From Thermoplasmatales archaeon (GTDB lineage Archaea > Thermoplasmatota > Thermoplasmata > Thermoplasmatales > Thermoplasmataceae): a stretch of 64,000 nucleotides of DNA. The notes beneath the pieces were generated by a model that worked only from the letters and a program-made list of their open reading frames with translations, had not been told where the DNA came from and did no database searches. The stretch's first letter is position 1, and each line of letters starts with the position of its first letter. The stretch is taken from contig DAIDBH010000017.1 in NCBI GenBank assembly GCA_027310185.1, forward strand, positions 222,407 to 286,406, written 5' to 3'. The position numbers and the translations under genes are program-made. This document shows positions 11,701-21,116 of this stretch, one piece after another.

Positions 11701-13738
11701 TGAAACAAATGCAAATGAAACTCTGCTCAATGAGATCTATACTGCAACACCAGAACTCAAATCTTACGTAAGAGGCAGTTCCGTATATAACCTCAACTTA
11801 AGCCAGCCTCTCCTGGAGACTGGAACTGATACAGCGGCCATAGACAGCTCACTTAGCAGGATGTACACAATTGATTTCAGCACTGGGACTATGAATGTGC
11901 TCAATCTCACTACTGACCGTTATTATAATAGTGTGCAAATTGGAAGGAATTCCGAACCTTATGATATTATTTATGATAACTATACAGATCATATCTACAT
12001 ATTCAGCATGAAAACCGGGAATATTACATTTGTAAATCCATCTACAATGAATATCATCATGAATGTTACAGTGGCACAACTAGAGGGAAAGGAGGCATTG
12101 ATGGAAATTATGCCTGAAACTGGTGATCTTCTTATTTTCAGCAACAGATCACAGTTCTACGAAATCAATGGAATGTCTGGTGCGATCAGTAATGTTTTCA
12201 ACGGAAGAAATTTTGAAGGGTACTCTCCCTATTATACATATTCTGGGGGGAACATATATGCAGTTAACAGCACTGCAGAAACGGTTGATAAATTGAGCGT
12301 ATCAACAGGCAGCGTATCATATTTCCATTTACCTGGAAATGTCAGGCCTCTATCAATATTCAACTCCGGCCTGGACTCTGTGCTTCTCATATCCGGTATT
12401 ACAGGTAACAATTATCAACTGATTTCATTTAACATTACCGATAATTCATTCAGCAACGGTCCTGATTTAACCGGGATAGCAATCCATGCATCATTTGACT
12501 CATTAAACAGGCTTGACTATATAGATACTTCAGGGACAGCAGGCGAGGTCTGGATCATAAATCCTGCAAATCTAAGTCTGGCTGGGAGTGCCCCGTATAT
12601 CATTCCAGATTCTGATGGCATGTTCCCCGGTATTACCAGCTTCGAGGAGAGAAACCAGTATATCTATGCTGTTGAACCTGGGATTTCGTCAGTATACGTA
12701 TACAATGTGCAGCACTATTATGGAATAACTTTCAGACAGACCGGATTACCATCTGTTTCAAGGTGGTTCCTGAATGTAACTGGAAAGACAGCAGGACCAA
12801 TCAGCACCAGTGAATATTCCCTGAATCTCCCAAACGGAACATATATCTATTCTGGCTACAGCAATAATGTGAATTATATTCTCTTCCCATACGAGAGCGT
12901 CCTGGTTGTGAATGGAAGAACAGAGATTGCAAATCTATCCTTTTATTTCTCCTATTTAGTTACATATAACGAAACGGGATTGCCTTCAGGTCTGCCATGG
13001 TATGTTAATGTTACTGGACTCAGGCCATCCGGTAGCATAACGGTGGATAAATTCGTCATAAGGATTCCAAATGGCACACTGTCCTATTCTGTGGCCAGTT
13101 CAAACAAGATATATGCTCCATATTACCATGAAAACAAGATATCAGTTGATGGCAGGCAAGAGAACGTTACCGTAGCATTTTACCTTGTAACATTCAATAT
13201 ATCTTTCACGGAGAAGGGCCTTTCATCTGGAACAAAATGGAGTATTACCGAAGATGGGACTGAAACGGTCTACTCAATTACATCAGGTATTATTTTCAGC
13301 CTGCCAAATGGTACCTACAGATTCACACTCCCAAACTTGCAGAGTTACTACAATGTAATCGGGAACATGTCTATCAGGGTTGATGGCAAAAACCTGACGG
13401 AGGAGATAGGCTACTATCATTATGCATATATATCAGGTAATTTACTACCCGCAAATGCAATCCTTACAATTAATGGAAAGGTGATAAAATCTGTAAATGG
13501 TGCATTCAATGTGAGTGAGGAGGCTGGTTATTTCCAGCTTGTGGTTAAGGCTAACGGCTACAATTCCTTCCATAGTGATTTCTCACTGAGACCTGGGAAT
13601 TCTAGGAATTTTGAAGTGAAATTAACTAGGGTTCCAAGCCTGACTGTGTATTTTTATCTCGAAGTCTATGGAACTATAGGAGCGATTGTGGCAGCCATGA
13701 TTATTGGGTCCGTATACCTTGCCATAAGGAAGAGGTGA
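8705..13738 (+). CDS. Membrane-anchored S53 (sedolisin/kumamolisin) acid protease with pro-domain, beta-propeller and FxExGLPxGxxW repeats
   Basis: Pro-kumamolisin-like N-domain; ENTLDLE (Glu/Asp), SSGDSG (oxyanion Asp), GTSVASP (catalytic Ser), YNLVTGWGS; repeats ESGLPSDQKW, QTGLPSVSRW, ETGLPSGLPW, EKGLSSGTKW; C-terminal TM followed by RKR. Confidence 0.9.
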   Translation: MSFPTHRKKFVISLVIVFLMVFSTFAVTSINQGINKNSVSETGFKGNTYEREILCKELGSRTNVPYKIDRTGNISNTSYEGKMNVMITFRLQNESRLESYLTELSDSSSKLYHRYMTRREFAENFSVSGRIYTMAIDYFSTFSNVKVRTYSDRISMMLCAPSNMIDSIFQTQIVENRSNGEINYFAVEMPSLPRLIEAQVSQISGLSNKPVAQTASLSHRLIGTDYSSAKNYVNGYPAPIVTSGVQYLYGSDLQVAYCTAPLYNVTYPTNTVVATILWAGNTSTGQRVGPFNPSNIYDYYNSTIPAGELHSVLHGVPIGGAAYPGKSANDDTSGVTLENTLDLEMIGSLAPGSNIYNVYGPTPTEACLNAAFAYILNPNATEKGLNNVSVISNSWGTAEFNDTAWFEYLQEAQARGISVLASSGDSGDNSASSEYSANSNYTNDFLNFPASMAYDSFGITSVGGTTLELSGNLHIKSQSAWYEYEKLLTIPVDPIGSVGGISQVFSETAWQRDTEANDVIKGEGLGVPDIASMANNTLMCVTVNGAQSICSVAGTSVASPTEAGIIADINAVLNHYGQQNLGYLNPSIYKVANQEFFGNSSVKNLSYTTSSVDQVYLPLEPFYNVNHGGNALYRAVYGYNLVTGWGSINAYNFTEFLLDQDFKNNPVALSGVENVVNISSLNFTDQRSGKPVPGGRTVDIEQQYTVSDQLGDPIYHIHGILNLTLNSNSQWSGYILVGAEYSSYQSGSLFRNYEISGKLKLSLTSFPSYLELKSLLNSSNGMIGTFLTFGVNGTFIKIPLPGGAYIIGSENYSYIDPYSSLTVPEPPITVQNGVLDPEFGFVSPSAGESSVFSMKSDANTSFLLLPFGRSVFVKSSTHLLGINSYLSDGDGTVTNLEWMRTGYDQWFITNMNGSDNYGISAYLESYRVTLLESGLPSDQKWSAEIGNRSFYTERNSLTVSLINGTYKASPSTAGDQRGYPGNYSFTVYGKSLYSLPVEFETNANETLLNEIYTATPELKSYVRGSSVYNLNLSQPLLETGTDTAAIDSSLSRMYTIDFSTGTMNVLNLTTDRYYNSVQIGRNSEPYDIIYDNYTDHIYIFSMKTGNITFVNPSTMNIIMNVTVAQLEGKEALMEIMPETGDLLIFSNRSQFYEINGMSGAISNVFNGRNFEGYSPYYTYSGGNIYAVNSTAETVDKLSVSTGSVSYFHLPGNVRPLSIFNSGLDSVLLISGITGNNYQLISFNITDNSFSNGPDLTGIAIHASFDSLNRLDYIDTSGTAGEVWIINPANLSLAGSAPYIIPDSDGMFPGITSFEERNQYIYAVEPGISSVYVYNVQHYYGITFRQTGLPSVSRWFLNVTGKTAGPISTSEYSLNLPNGTYIYSGYSNNVNYILFPYESVLVVNGRTEIANLSFYFSYLVTYNETGLPSGLPWYVNVTGLRPSGSITVDKFVIRIPNGTLSYSVASSNKIYAPYYHENKISVDGRQENVTVAFYLVTFNISFTEKGLSSGTKWSITEDGTETVYSITSGIIFSLPNGTYRFTLPNLQSYYNVIGNMSIRVDGKNLTEEIGYYHYAYISGNLLPANAILTINGKVIKSVNGAFNVSEEAGYFQLVVKANGYNSFHSDFSLRPGNSRNFEVKLTRVPSLTVYFYLEVYGTIGAIVAAMIIGSVYLAIRKR

Positions 13739-13777
13739 AAAGAATAGTTATAAGTCCTTCGTTTGGCATGTAATACC

Positions 13778-14611
13778 ATGGAAGATCAGGAACCTGTGTT
13801 TGATTACATAGCTGAAAATTATGATAACACCCGGGGAAAGCTTGATGACATGGAACTTAACGTTCTATTGCATGCACTGAGGGATTGCAGGAATATTCTT
13901 GAAATTGGTGCCGGAACGGGTAGAATAATGAAGCCATTGCAGGACCATGGAATTGATATAACAGGTGTTGATATTTCAAGAAAGATGCTTCAGAAAGCCA
14001 GTGAGAAGGGCCTGAATCATCTGGTCATAGGTGATGCGACAAACCTGCCATTCCTGGACAAATCCTTTGATGCCGTGATAACGGTTCATGTTTTCCATCT
14101 TATAAAAGATATTGATAGGGTTTTCAGGGAGGCTGCCAGAGTTTCTAGAAAGTATATCATCACGTTTGTCAGGGAAAGAAGGCATGTTGAAGATTCAGTG
14201 ACCTACAGGAGAAATGATTTGTTTGGTATTGTAAGGGAAGTTGCTGAGAGATATGGATATGAACTTGAACCTGGAAAGCGGTTTCACAATCGTTCTGAGG
14301 GGGAGCTGACTGGAAAATTTCCACCGGATGAGAGGATACAGATCAGGGAATATAATAGAAAAACAAACCCGGAGAGTTTCATAGACAGGATGAGATATTC
14401 ATCGAGGTTTGTCAGGATGTTCAGCAGAATTCCGGAGGAAGACCTCTCCAAAATATTCTTAGATGCAAAGAAAGAAGTAGAAAAAATGAAGTTAGAACCT
14501 GTTGAGGTTATGATGAGTGAGTACCTGGCAATATGGTACCCTGATAGTATTGGAAAACGGATTATAGAATATGGAACAACCCATATTAATTCTGATTCTC
14601 CGCCCATTTAA
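13778..14611 (+). CDS. Class I SAM-dependent methyltransferase (UbiE/Methyltransf_11-like)
   Basis: ILEIGAGTG motif I, GVDIS, GDATNLPFLDKSFDAV; start moved to ATG 13778. Confidence 0.85.
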   Translation: MEDQEPVFDYIAENYDNTRGKLDDMELNVLLHALRDCRNILEIGAGTGRIMKPLQDHGIDITGVDISRKMLQKASEKGLNHLVIGDATNLPFLDKSFDAVITVHVFHLIKDIDRVFREAARVSRKYIITFVRERRHVEDSVTYRRNDLFGIVREVAERYGYELEPGKRFHNRSEGELTGKFPPDERIQIREYNRKTNPESFIDRMRYSSRFVRMFSRIPEEDLSKIFLDAKKEVEKMKLEPVEVMMSEYLAIWYPDSIGKRIIEYGTTHINSDSPPI

Positions 14612-14651
14612 AAACGCAAAAGAATATTTAAACAGCTTGAGATATAAATGC

Positions 14652-15854
14652 ATGTCTTTTAGTTCAGGTGAAACCGTAATAATAGGAGCAGGAAGTACAG
14701 GCACCAGTATTGCCCACTCAATGAGCAGGGATGGAATGAAGGTTACCCTCGTTGATATGAATGGAATTGCCGGTGGTAACACCGGAAAGTCGAGTGCGCT
14801 GGTGAGAACTCATTACAGCAATGAAACTGTTGCCAGTATGGCAAAATTCTCCCTTGAGCTATTGAGCAACTTCTCTGAAATTGGATATTCAGGATATACC
14901 AGGACAGGGATGGTGTATGCATTTCCAGAATCAGATATACAGTCCGAGAAAAAGAATATTGACATGCTTAAAGAAATTGGAGTTCAAATAGAAGAGATAG
15001 GGAAGGATGAATTGAAGTTGTTTTATAATCCAATAAATATGGAGAATTTCGATTACATTACCTATGAACCTCAAAGTGGTTACGCAGATCCCGTAGCAAC
15101 CTCCAATTCATTTGCGTCCAGAGCACGGGAACTTGGAGCCACAATTAATATCAATAAAAGAGCAAATAGAATTAAGAAGGATGCAAAGGGCACAAGAGTT
15201 TATTTTTCGGATGGAACAGAAAGAGTCTTTGATCGTGTAGTTCTTGCAACAAATATCTGGACAAATAAGATCCTCAGAGATTCAGGAGTGGAAGAAAATG
15301 AGCTGCTTCCCATCACTGCAACAAGACACAATGTGATATATCTGAGAAGACCGGAATCATACAAGGGTACCAAACCGGTACTCTGGGATATAGCCCAGCT
15401 TTCATATTACAAGATGGAAGGCGATACAGTAACTGCAGTGGGAAGCCTCGATCCCGGAATTGACAGGATTCCAACGGATAGTGAGGAACAGATATTTGAT
15501 GAAGCCAGCGAAGAGTTCATGGAAAAATATCTGGGAAATATTTCAAGAAGGTTACCGAACATGAATGATGCTGAATATATATCGACAGTCAGTGGAAGAT
15601 ATGACATGACGCCAGATGGAGAACCTATAATGGATGACCTGTCTCATCTGGATCTTGGGGAAGTTTATGTTTGTGCTGGCCTCAGCGGACACGGATTCAA
15701 ACTGTCACCAGCCATTGGAAATATTATGTCAGATATGATCCAGGCAAAGAATCCAGGAGACTGCATGTTTGACTGGAAAATATTCAACTGGAAACGATTC
15801 AGGGATGGAAAACTAATAGGCAGGAATCATGAGGATATAGGCACGCTATACTGA
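14652..15854 (+). CDS. FAD-dependent oxidoreductase, DAO/sarcosine oxidase beta family
   Basis: IIGAGSTG Rossmann motif, GNTGKSSALVR, YDMTPDGEPI, GLSGHGFKLSPAIG; start moved to ATG 14652. Confidence 0.88.
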   Translation: MSFSSGETVIIGAGSTGTSIAHSMSRDGMKVTLVDMNGIAGGNTGKSSALVRTHYSNETVASMAKFSLELLSNFSEIGYSGYTRTGMVYAFPESDIQSEKKNIDMLKEIGVQIEEIGKDELKLFYNPINMENFDYITYEPQSGYADPVATSNSFASRARELGATININKRANRIKKDAKGTRVYFSDGTERVFDRVVLATNIWTNKILRDSGVEENELLPITATRHNVIYLRRPESYKGTKPVLWDIAQLSYYKMEGDTVTAVGSLDPGIDRIPTDSEEQIFDEASEEFMEKYLGNISRRLPNMNDAEYISTVSGRYDMTPDGEPIMDDLSHLDLGEVYVCAGLSGHGFKLSPAIGNIMSDMIQAKNPGDCMFDWKIFNWKRFRDGKLIGRNHEDIGTLY

Positions 15855-15997
15855 TAAATGAGCAATTGTTTCCTTTGCCTGAACAGCAATGGAGGACTGC
15901 GTGCGGCAGAATCATCAGGTTGTGATTTCGAAATATTAACTCTCAACTGGATATAGGATACAGTTTATATCTAATAATTTATAAGGTGTATCAATTT

Positions 15998-16558
15998 ATG
16001 AAAAGGAGCAAAGATAGTACATTTCCAGTATCCGGGAGGCCACAGATTATAAGACGGGTTATGTTCTACAGTATATCTCTCTTGCTCTCGCTACTTATCA
16101 TAGTAATATCTGTAACATTTTTTGTGATTGTTGTTTACCTCGAGGGTAGGGTGACTGAAGATTTTTTTTATCTTTTTATTGGGGTATTAATTATTAACTT
16201 TGCGATTTCAGCACTTTCTATAAAAGGAATGATGACTTTGTATCCCATGTTTCAACCTGAACATACAGAGTACAGAACTGTGTTCTTATCCAAGCCAGAT
16301 GAAGTACGCCCAACAGCTAATTCAGATTCAATGGCCGAAATGAACCCGGAGTACTCTACGGATCTAGAACTTGAAATTATAGACCTCCTAAAGAAAAACG
16401 GAGGTAAAATGCTTCAAAGTAAGATAGTGACAACAGTAAATGTCTCAAAAACATCCATATCCAGAACCCTGACAGCATTGGAGAATAAAGGAGTGATTGT
16501 TAAGGTAAGAAAGGGAGTAACAAATGAAATAATCCTTACTGAAACCTATTCCAATTAG
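15998..16558 (+). CDS. Membrane-tethered winged-helix transcriptional regulator (2 TM + MarR-like HTH)
   Basis: Two hydrophobic helices, then GGKMLQSKIV...SKTSISRTLTALENKGVIVKVRKGVTNEI wHTH. Confidence 0.75.
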   Translation: MKRSKDSTFPVSGRPQIIRRVMFYSISLLLSLLIIVISVTFFVIVVYLEGRVTEDFFYLFIGVLIINFAISALSIKGMMTLYPMFQPEHTEYRTVFLSKPDEVRPTANSDSMAEMNPEYSTDLELEIIDLLKKNGGKMLQSKIVTTVNVSKTSISRTLTALENKGVIVKVRKGVTNEIILTETYSN

Positions 16559-16577
16559 TTTCATGAAACATGTTTCA
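16558..16577. promoter_or_regulatory. Two overlapping palindromes (GTTTCATGAAAC and TGAAACATGTTTCA); candidate operator
   Basis: Perfect 12-bp (16558-16569) and 14-bp (16564-16577) palindromes ~40 bp upstream of the SHOCT gene ATG. Confidence 0.5.
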
Positions 16578-16614
16578 AACAAAACTTAAGTGTCTTTCCA
16601 CCATATTAAACTTC

Positions 16615-16974
16615 ATGGAAAAAAAAGTTGAACACCTGATGTGGATTCTTGTTGCGCTTGTTTCGGCAGTTGCTGCAGTAGCGATAATTGTCTCTGTCCT
16701 GTTTGGAGGCAACTACTACAAAGGGACTTATGGGCCCTATGGGATGATGGGAGGATTCTATGGTGTGGGAATCATAATGCCGATCATTGGTGTTATATCA
16801 GTAATCATAGGGTTGGTATTCATTTATTTCATTTTTGAAATCATTAGAAGCCCGGAACCTTATAGACCTGTTGAAAAAGCAGCAAGAGCAGAAGACATCG
16901 CAAAAGAAAGATTCGCAAAAGGAGAAATATCTGAGGCAGAATACAGTCAAATAATTGAAACGATAAGAAGATGA
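16615..16974 (+). CDS. SHOCT-domain membrane protein
   Basis: Two TM helices with GPYGMMGG linker; C-terminal AEDIAKERFAKGEISEAEY SHOCT motif; start moved to ATG 16615. Confidence 0.8.
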   Translation: MEKKVEHLMWILVALVSAVAAVAIIVSVLFGGNYYKGTYGPYGMMGGFYGVGIIMPIIGVISVIIGLVFIYFIFEIIRSPEPYRPVEKAARAEDIAKERFAKGEISEAEYSQIIETIRR

Positions 16975-17529
16975 ACGTTGCAATGCACTGATGTAAAATT
17001 ACTGTAATTGTGGCAATTGCCTTCTTTGCTTATATTTCTAAATTTTTATTGTTGTAATGAATATAGCACAACTAATAGTTCTGGATAACTAACACAATCC
17101 AATTTTTCAATTGTTCATCCAAGTTCTAGAAGATATCGAAACAAAGCAACTTTGAGGGAAAGCTGCTCAGATAAACGGTGTAATTCCAATCTACAATAAG
17201 TTTTCAGAAGGGGACGAGTGGATTGCCAGAAAGTGCATTGATAAAATGAACAATGATTCTGAAATGATGAAAATTATGTGCCAGTTGATCAGGATACTAT
17301 CAACATGCTGTTGCTGAATTATGGTATTAACGATAACTCCGGATCTTCTGAATAACCTTATTTTGCAAGAATATAACGGCTTTGGTTTTTTTCAGTTTTG
17401 CGTGAAAAGTACCATTATATTGGGTTAGATCTTTAAACCATAAGTAATCAGATTCAATTTATAATAGAAATACCTTACCTATGAGGTTAGAATTTTAATA
17501 GTAAATAAATTATACTTAGCTGATGAAAA

Positions 17530-18147
17530 ATGTTCATAGATGATTTGGCTTTTGAGCTTCTCACGATGTCTCTGGCCGCGTTGATGATACTGTATATGAC
17601 ATTGGGCATATATGTTGGATACAGAAGGAATGGTGACAAGGATATTGAAGGACACCTGAGACCGGGTATGGCACCGCTAACTCTTCTTGGAGTTGTTATG
17701 CTTGCCCTTGGTTTATATGGCGAATTTGTATGGCCACTCCCTGGCGCATTCAACATATTGTATTATGATATGTATACACTGGTGGCAATAGTCGTTCTTG
17801 CATTTGCAATCACTATCCGTCTTGGATACAAGATGCAATATGTTGGACTGTTTGCAGCCTACTCTGGTGTAATGGCTATATATTACGGCTTCAGGGCATA
17901 TCAGCTCAGCTTGATTGGTTCAACAACGTTTGAACTCTTTCTGATGTTTCTTGCATTCGGTGCAACAGGTATAATGTCATACCCAGTAACGCTGATAATA
18001 GACAGGATACCCCAGAGAGGAAATCCAAAATGGATTGGCTGGACAATAATCCTGGTAATCTTCTGGATCGCCGTGCTCGGTGCAATGATAGCATCTGGAT
18101 ATATAGGATTTGATGCAGTCTTCTCACACCTTGCATCTCCCCCATAA
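17530..18147 (+). CDS. DUF981-family integral membrane protein
   Basis: MFIDDL start, WPLPGAFNILYYD motif, ~6 TM helices, C-terminal HLASPP. Confidence 0.75.
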   Translation: MFIDDLAFELLTMSLAALMILYMTLGIYVGYRRNGDKDIEGHLRPGMAPLTLLGVVMLALGLYGEFVWPLPGAFNILYYDMYTLVAIVVLAFAITIRLGYKMQYVGLFAAYSGVMAIYYGFRAYQLSLIGSTTFELFLMFLAFGATGIMSYPVTLIIDRIPQRGNPKWIGWTIILVIFWIAVLGAMIASGYIGFDAVFSHLASPP

Positions 18148-18537
18148 ACATTATGGGGTAGAAATTTTAAATCAATCCAATGTTTAATAATTTAATTTGT
18201 GGTATTAGACAAAAACTTACTATTTTTTACAACTCTTGATGTTAACTGGTTTATCTCTCCAATCGATAACAGATTCTTCTTTCACTTACTGTGTTGAAAT
18301 GGATGTAATAAGTAACCACAAACCTTACCGGTCTGGCTTATTGTTTTTTTTACCATATTCTCAGGCATGTATAAGATCACGATCGAGCTTTAACATTGAA
18401 AGGAGTGAGATTTAGTCTGATTATAATTGTATCCACTTTCTTGCAAGCCCAAGTCAGGAACCTTTCTGTTGAAAAAAGGTCAATAAAGATTAAGGCTTAA
18501 TATTAAAGATATCGTTTAAATAATTGTTTTCAAAAAT

Positions 18538-18723
18538 CTAGAACATTGACTTTTTAATTGCGCCCTCTACTTTCTTCTGCAGTTCTGGAGTTATTTCAGT
18601 TATATTATGTGCTGTCTTAGCATGCTCAACGATTTTTGGCATAAGCTCTTCCTTTGATTTTGCTTCAGTTTTAAAGCCACATTCCATTCCGATGTCTGCA
18701 CATGCAAATTTATATTTCGCCAT
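18538..18723 (-). CDS. DUF1059 small metal-binding protein
   Basis: FACADIGMECGF...EELMPKIVEHAKTAH pattern (Cys2/His2). Confidence 0.85.
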   Translation of the reverse strand: MAKYKFACADIGMECGFKTEAKSKEELMPKIVEHAKTAHNITEITPELQKKVEGAIKKSMF

Positions 18724-18884
18724 TGTTATCAAAATTCTATTACTATTTTGTATTTAAATTTAATTGTGTTAAATACTTTTGATAGATATTCAAAGATTTT
18801 TTCAGAACTTAAAATCAATCATTTTTTTAAACATCTATTCCTGTGGGATTTTTCAGATTAACATAGAAGATAAGAGTATTGAAT

Positions 18885-19814
18885 TTATTTATGTTCTCTT
18901 TCTGTTCTTCCATTTCTTATGCAACTCTGGCAGTAGGGACCATTGGATGGGTTTCCACATATCAAGCAGTTTTCTGTTACAGTTATTTCCTCTCCCCTTA
19001 TGTTCTGTTTCTGCAGTTTCTCAAGGAACCCCTCTATTGCCAGCTTTGTTCCAGGGCTCTCCTCTTCCATGGTGTTTAGAAGGGACCTGACCTTATTTCT
19101 CTGAGCTTCCATTGCATAAGGACACCAGCCCATGTCGTGCTCAATTCCTTCCAGAATAGTATATAGTTTAACCTCCTTCTCATATATTTTTCTCAGTGGG
19201 ATCACTCTTGGTACCAATCCCCTGATCCTGTTTCTATGGGGAGCCATCCTGAGCATTTTTTCATAGTCTCCCCTCAGAACATTCATCATTATGCTCTGCG
19301 AATAATCATCCAGGTTTATCCCGAGTGCCACGTAATCTGCCTTAAATTCCTCAGACATCCTGTTCATGAGGTCCCTTCTCATTGGCCCACAGTACGCACA
19401 GGGCGAGCCCTGGAGGTTACCTGACTTTACAATCTGATCCATTTCGTTATTAAAACTGTCACGAAAAGTGATAACGTCATGTGAAATCCCCAGCTTACTG
19501 CATAGTTTCTCTGCTGATTTTAGTCCTTCGCTTCTGTAGCCTTCTATTCCTTCATCTATGGTGAATGCTTTCAGAACAACATTTTTCTTCTTTTTCATTG
19601 TTTTCCACAGGAGATACAAGAGCACCGAACTGTCTTTTCCCCCTGATATGGCAACCCCTATTGTTGTTATTCCATTATTAAAATGCACCTGCTTGCGTAT
19701 CTCCTGTTTGAACCTTCTTTCGACACTTTCCACAAAATGAAACTTGCAAAGTGCGGATCCTGTTGGTCTGCTTTCAAAAACCGCTACCTGCTCACACTTA
19801 GAACATCTCATCAC
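18885..19814 (-). CDS. ttuA: tRNA 2-thiolation protein, TtuA/Ncs6 family (TIGR00269-like)
   Basis: N-terminal CSKC Zn finger, SGGKDS PP-loop, CAYC, CPY, C-terminal CLIC...CQSC. Confidence 0.85.
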   Translation of the reverse strand: MMRCSKCEQVAVFESRPTGSALCKFHFVESVERRFKQEIRKQVHFNNGITTIGVAISGGKDSSVLLYLLWKTMKKKKNVVLKAFTIDEGIEGYRSEGLKSAEKLCSKLGISHDVITFRDSFNNEMDQIVKSGNLQGSPCAYCGPMRRDLMNRMSEEFKADYVALGINLDDYSQSIMMNVLRGDYEKMLRMAPHRNRIRGLVPRVIPLRKIYEKEVKLYTILEGIEHDMGWCPYAMEAQRNKVRSLLNTMEEESPGTKLAIEGFLEKLQKQNIRGEEITVTENCLICGNPSNGPYCQSCIRNGRTEREHK

Positions 19815-21106
19815 TCATTCTCCATATACTCCCCAATGAGATGCCTCGAATTTTCCCTCTTTTCTTTTAGCTCCAGAAGGAACTGCTTCATTAATTCAGA
19901 CGCCTCATTCTTACATGAACCACACAGTCTTGTGCCTGATTTGCACTCTTCCTCAACCCTTTTCAGATCCTTATCTTCCTTTGATAGGTGGTACATGTAA
20001 AGCTCGAAAACAGGGCATATATAGGGATTTCCACCGAGCTTCTTCTGTTCTTCCACATTTTCCCTTCCCCCGGTAAGTGCCCTCTTGATCTTCTTCCCGG
20101 CCTCTTCCGGTAGCTCATTTAGTGATATGGTTGAGTCTGGAACTGATTTACTCATTTTTCCACCACGAATCCCTGTCTCGAGCCTCATGATCATTGATGA
20201 TGGTGCTATTGTACTGTTTCTGTTCAGGCTTCTTTCCGTTCTTGAGATTAACAATTCCAGATCGTACATATCGTCCCCAAAGTTATCAACTTCAGCTGTC
20301 CTGTATTTTACATTTTTTCTCCTGATTTTTAAGTTGAGTTTTTCCGCAATTTTATCAATTATCTGGTAAAATGGTTCAGGAGGCTCGTTACCGCCTATGG
20401 AAAACATGAGGCCATTTTCATGTTTTCTCACCTTGATAATATTCATTCTTCCGCTTATATCCCTTGTGAGTCTTATGTGCGGGTCCTGATCTGCCCCTAC
20501 TGGAACTATGGTTGGAATTGGCTCTCCGTAAATTTGTGGACTCAGTATATCGGATGCCTGAACAATGGGAGAGTTCACCTCAAGCATCCTCTTTGACTCA
20601 TCAAAGCCATAGATGGCTTTCATTTCAGAAAAGGATATTTCCTTTGAGAGTATGAATGCAAATTTCTGGACTTTTGAATTTGTGGACTGGAAATAGAAGT
20701 GGCACTTCTTGAGTCCAAGAGCTATGTAGTTAAGAAGGAAATTCTCTATTGCTATGGTTCTGGCCCTTTCAAGAGATATGTTTCTTGTTGCATATGATTC
20801 TAGATCTGCAACTGCAATGTGAACTTCTGCACCCTTCTTCTGGAAATAGATCATCTGCTCTATTATGGCCTTGCTGCCCAGATGCATATCTCCTGAAGGC
20901 ATCAGTCCAGTCATGGCCGCGAATCTATCCTTTCTTTCAATAGCCTCATTGATTCTCCAGAAGTCTCTCTGGCCCACTATCAGGTTCCTTCTAGCCAGTG
21001 TATTATCACTGAGCTCAAAATTAAATGGCTCTATCCCAAACTCTTCCCGCATTTTTTTATAATCCTTCACCTGGAAGGGTCCCCAGGGATCGAGATTTGA
21101 ATCCAC
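19811..21106 (-). CDS. trpS: Tryptophan--tRNA ligase
   Basis: TGLMPSGDMHLG (HIGH-like), VPVGADQDPH, KMSKS, ALTGGR, C-terminal Cys cluster. Confidence 0.95.
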   Translation of the reverse strand: MDSNLDPWGPFQVKDYKKMREEFGIEPFNFELSDNTLARRNLIVGQRDFWRINEAIERKDRFAAMTGLMPSGDMHLGSKAIIEQMIYFQKKGAEVHIAVADLESYATRNISLERARTIAIENFLLNYIALGLKKCHFYFQSTNSKVQKFAFILSKEISFSEMKAIYGFDESKRMLEVNSPIVQASDILSPQIYGEPIPTIVPVGADQDPHIRLTRDISGRMNIIKVRKHENGLMFSIGGNEPPEPFYQIIDKIAEKLNLKIRRKNVKYRTAEVDNFGDDMYDLELLISRTERSLNRNSTIAPSSMIMRLETGIRGGKMSKSVPDSTISLNELPEEAGKKIKRALTGGRENVEEQKKLGGNPYICPVFELYMYHLSKEDKDLKRVEEECKSGTRLCGSCKNEASELMKQFLLELKEKRENSRHLIGEYMENE

Positions 21107-21116
21107 TTTTACCAGC

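Noticed and set aside
16975-17400. Possible decayed gene between SHOCT and DUF981 genes
   Set aside because: Protein-like fragments in several frames, but no family recognisable by eye; needs tblastx
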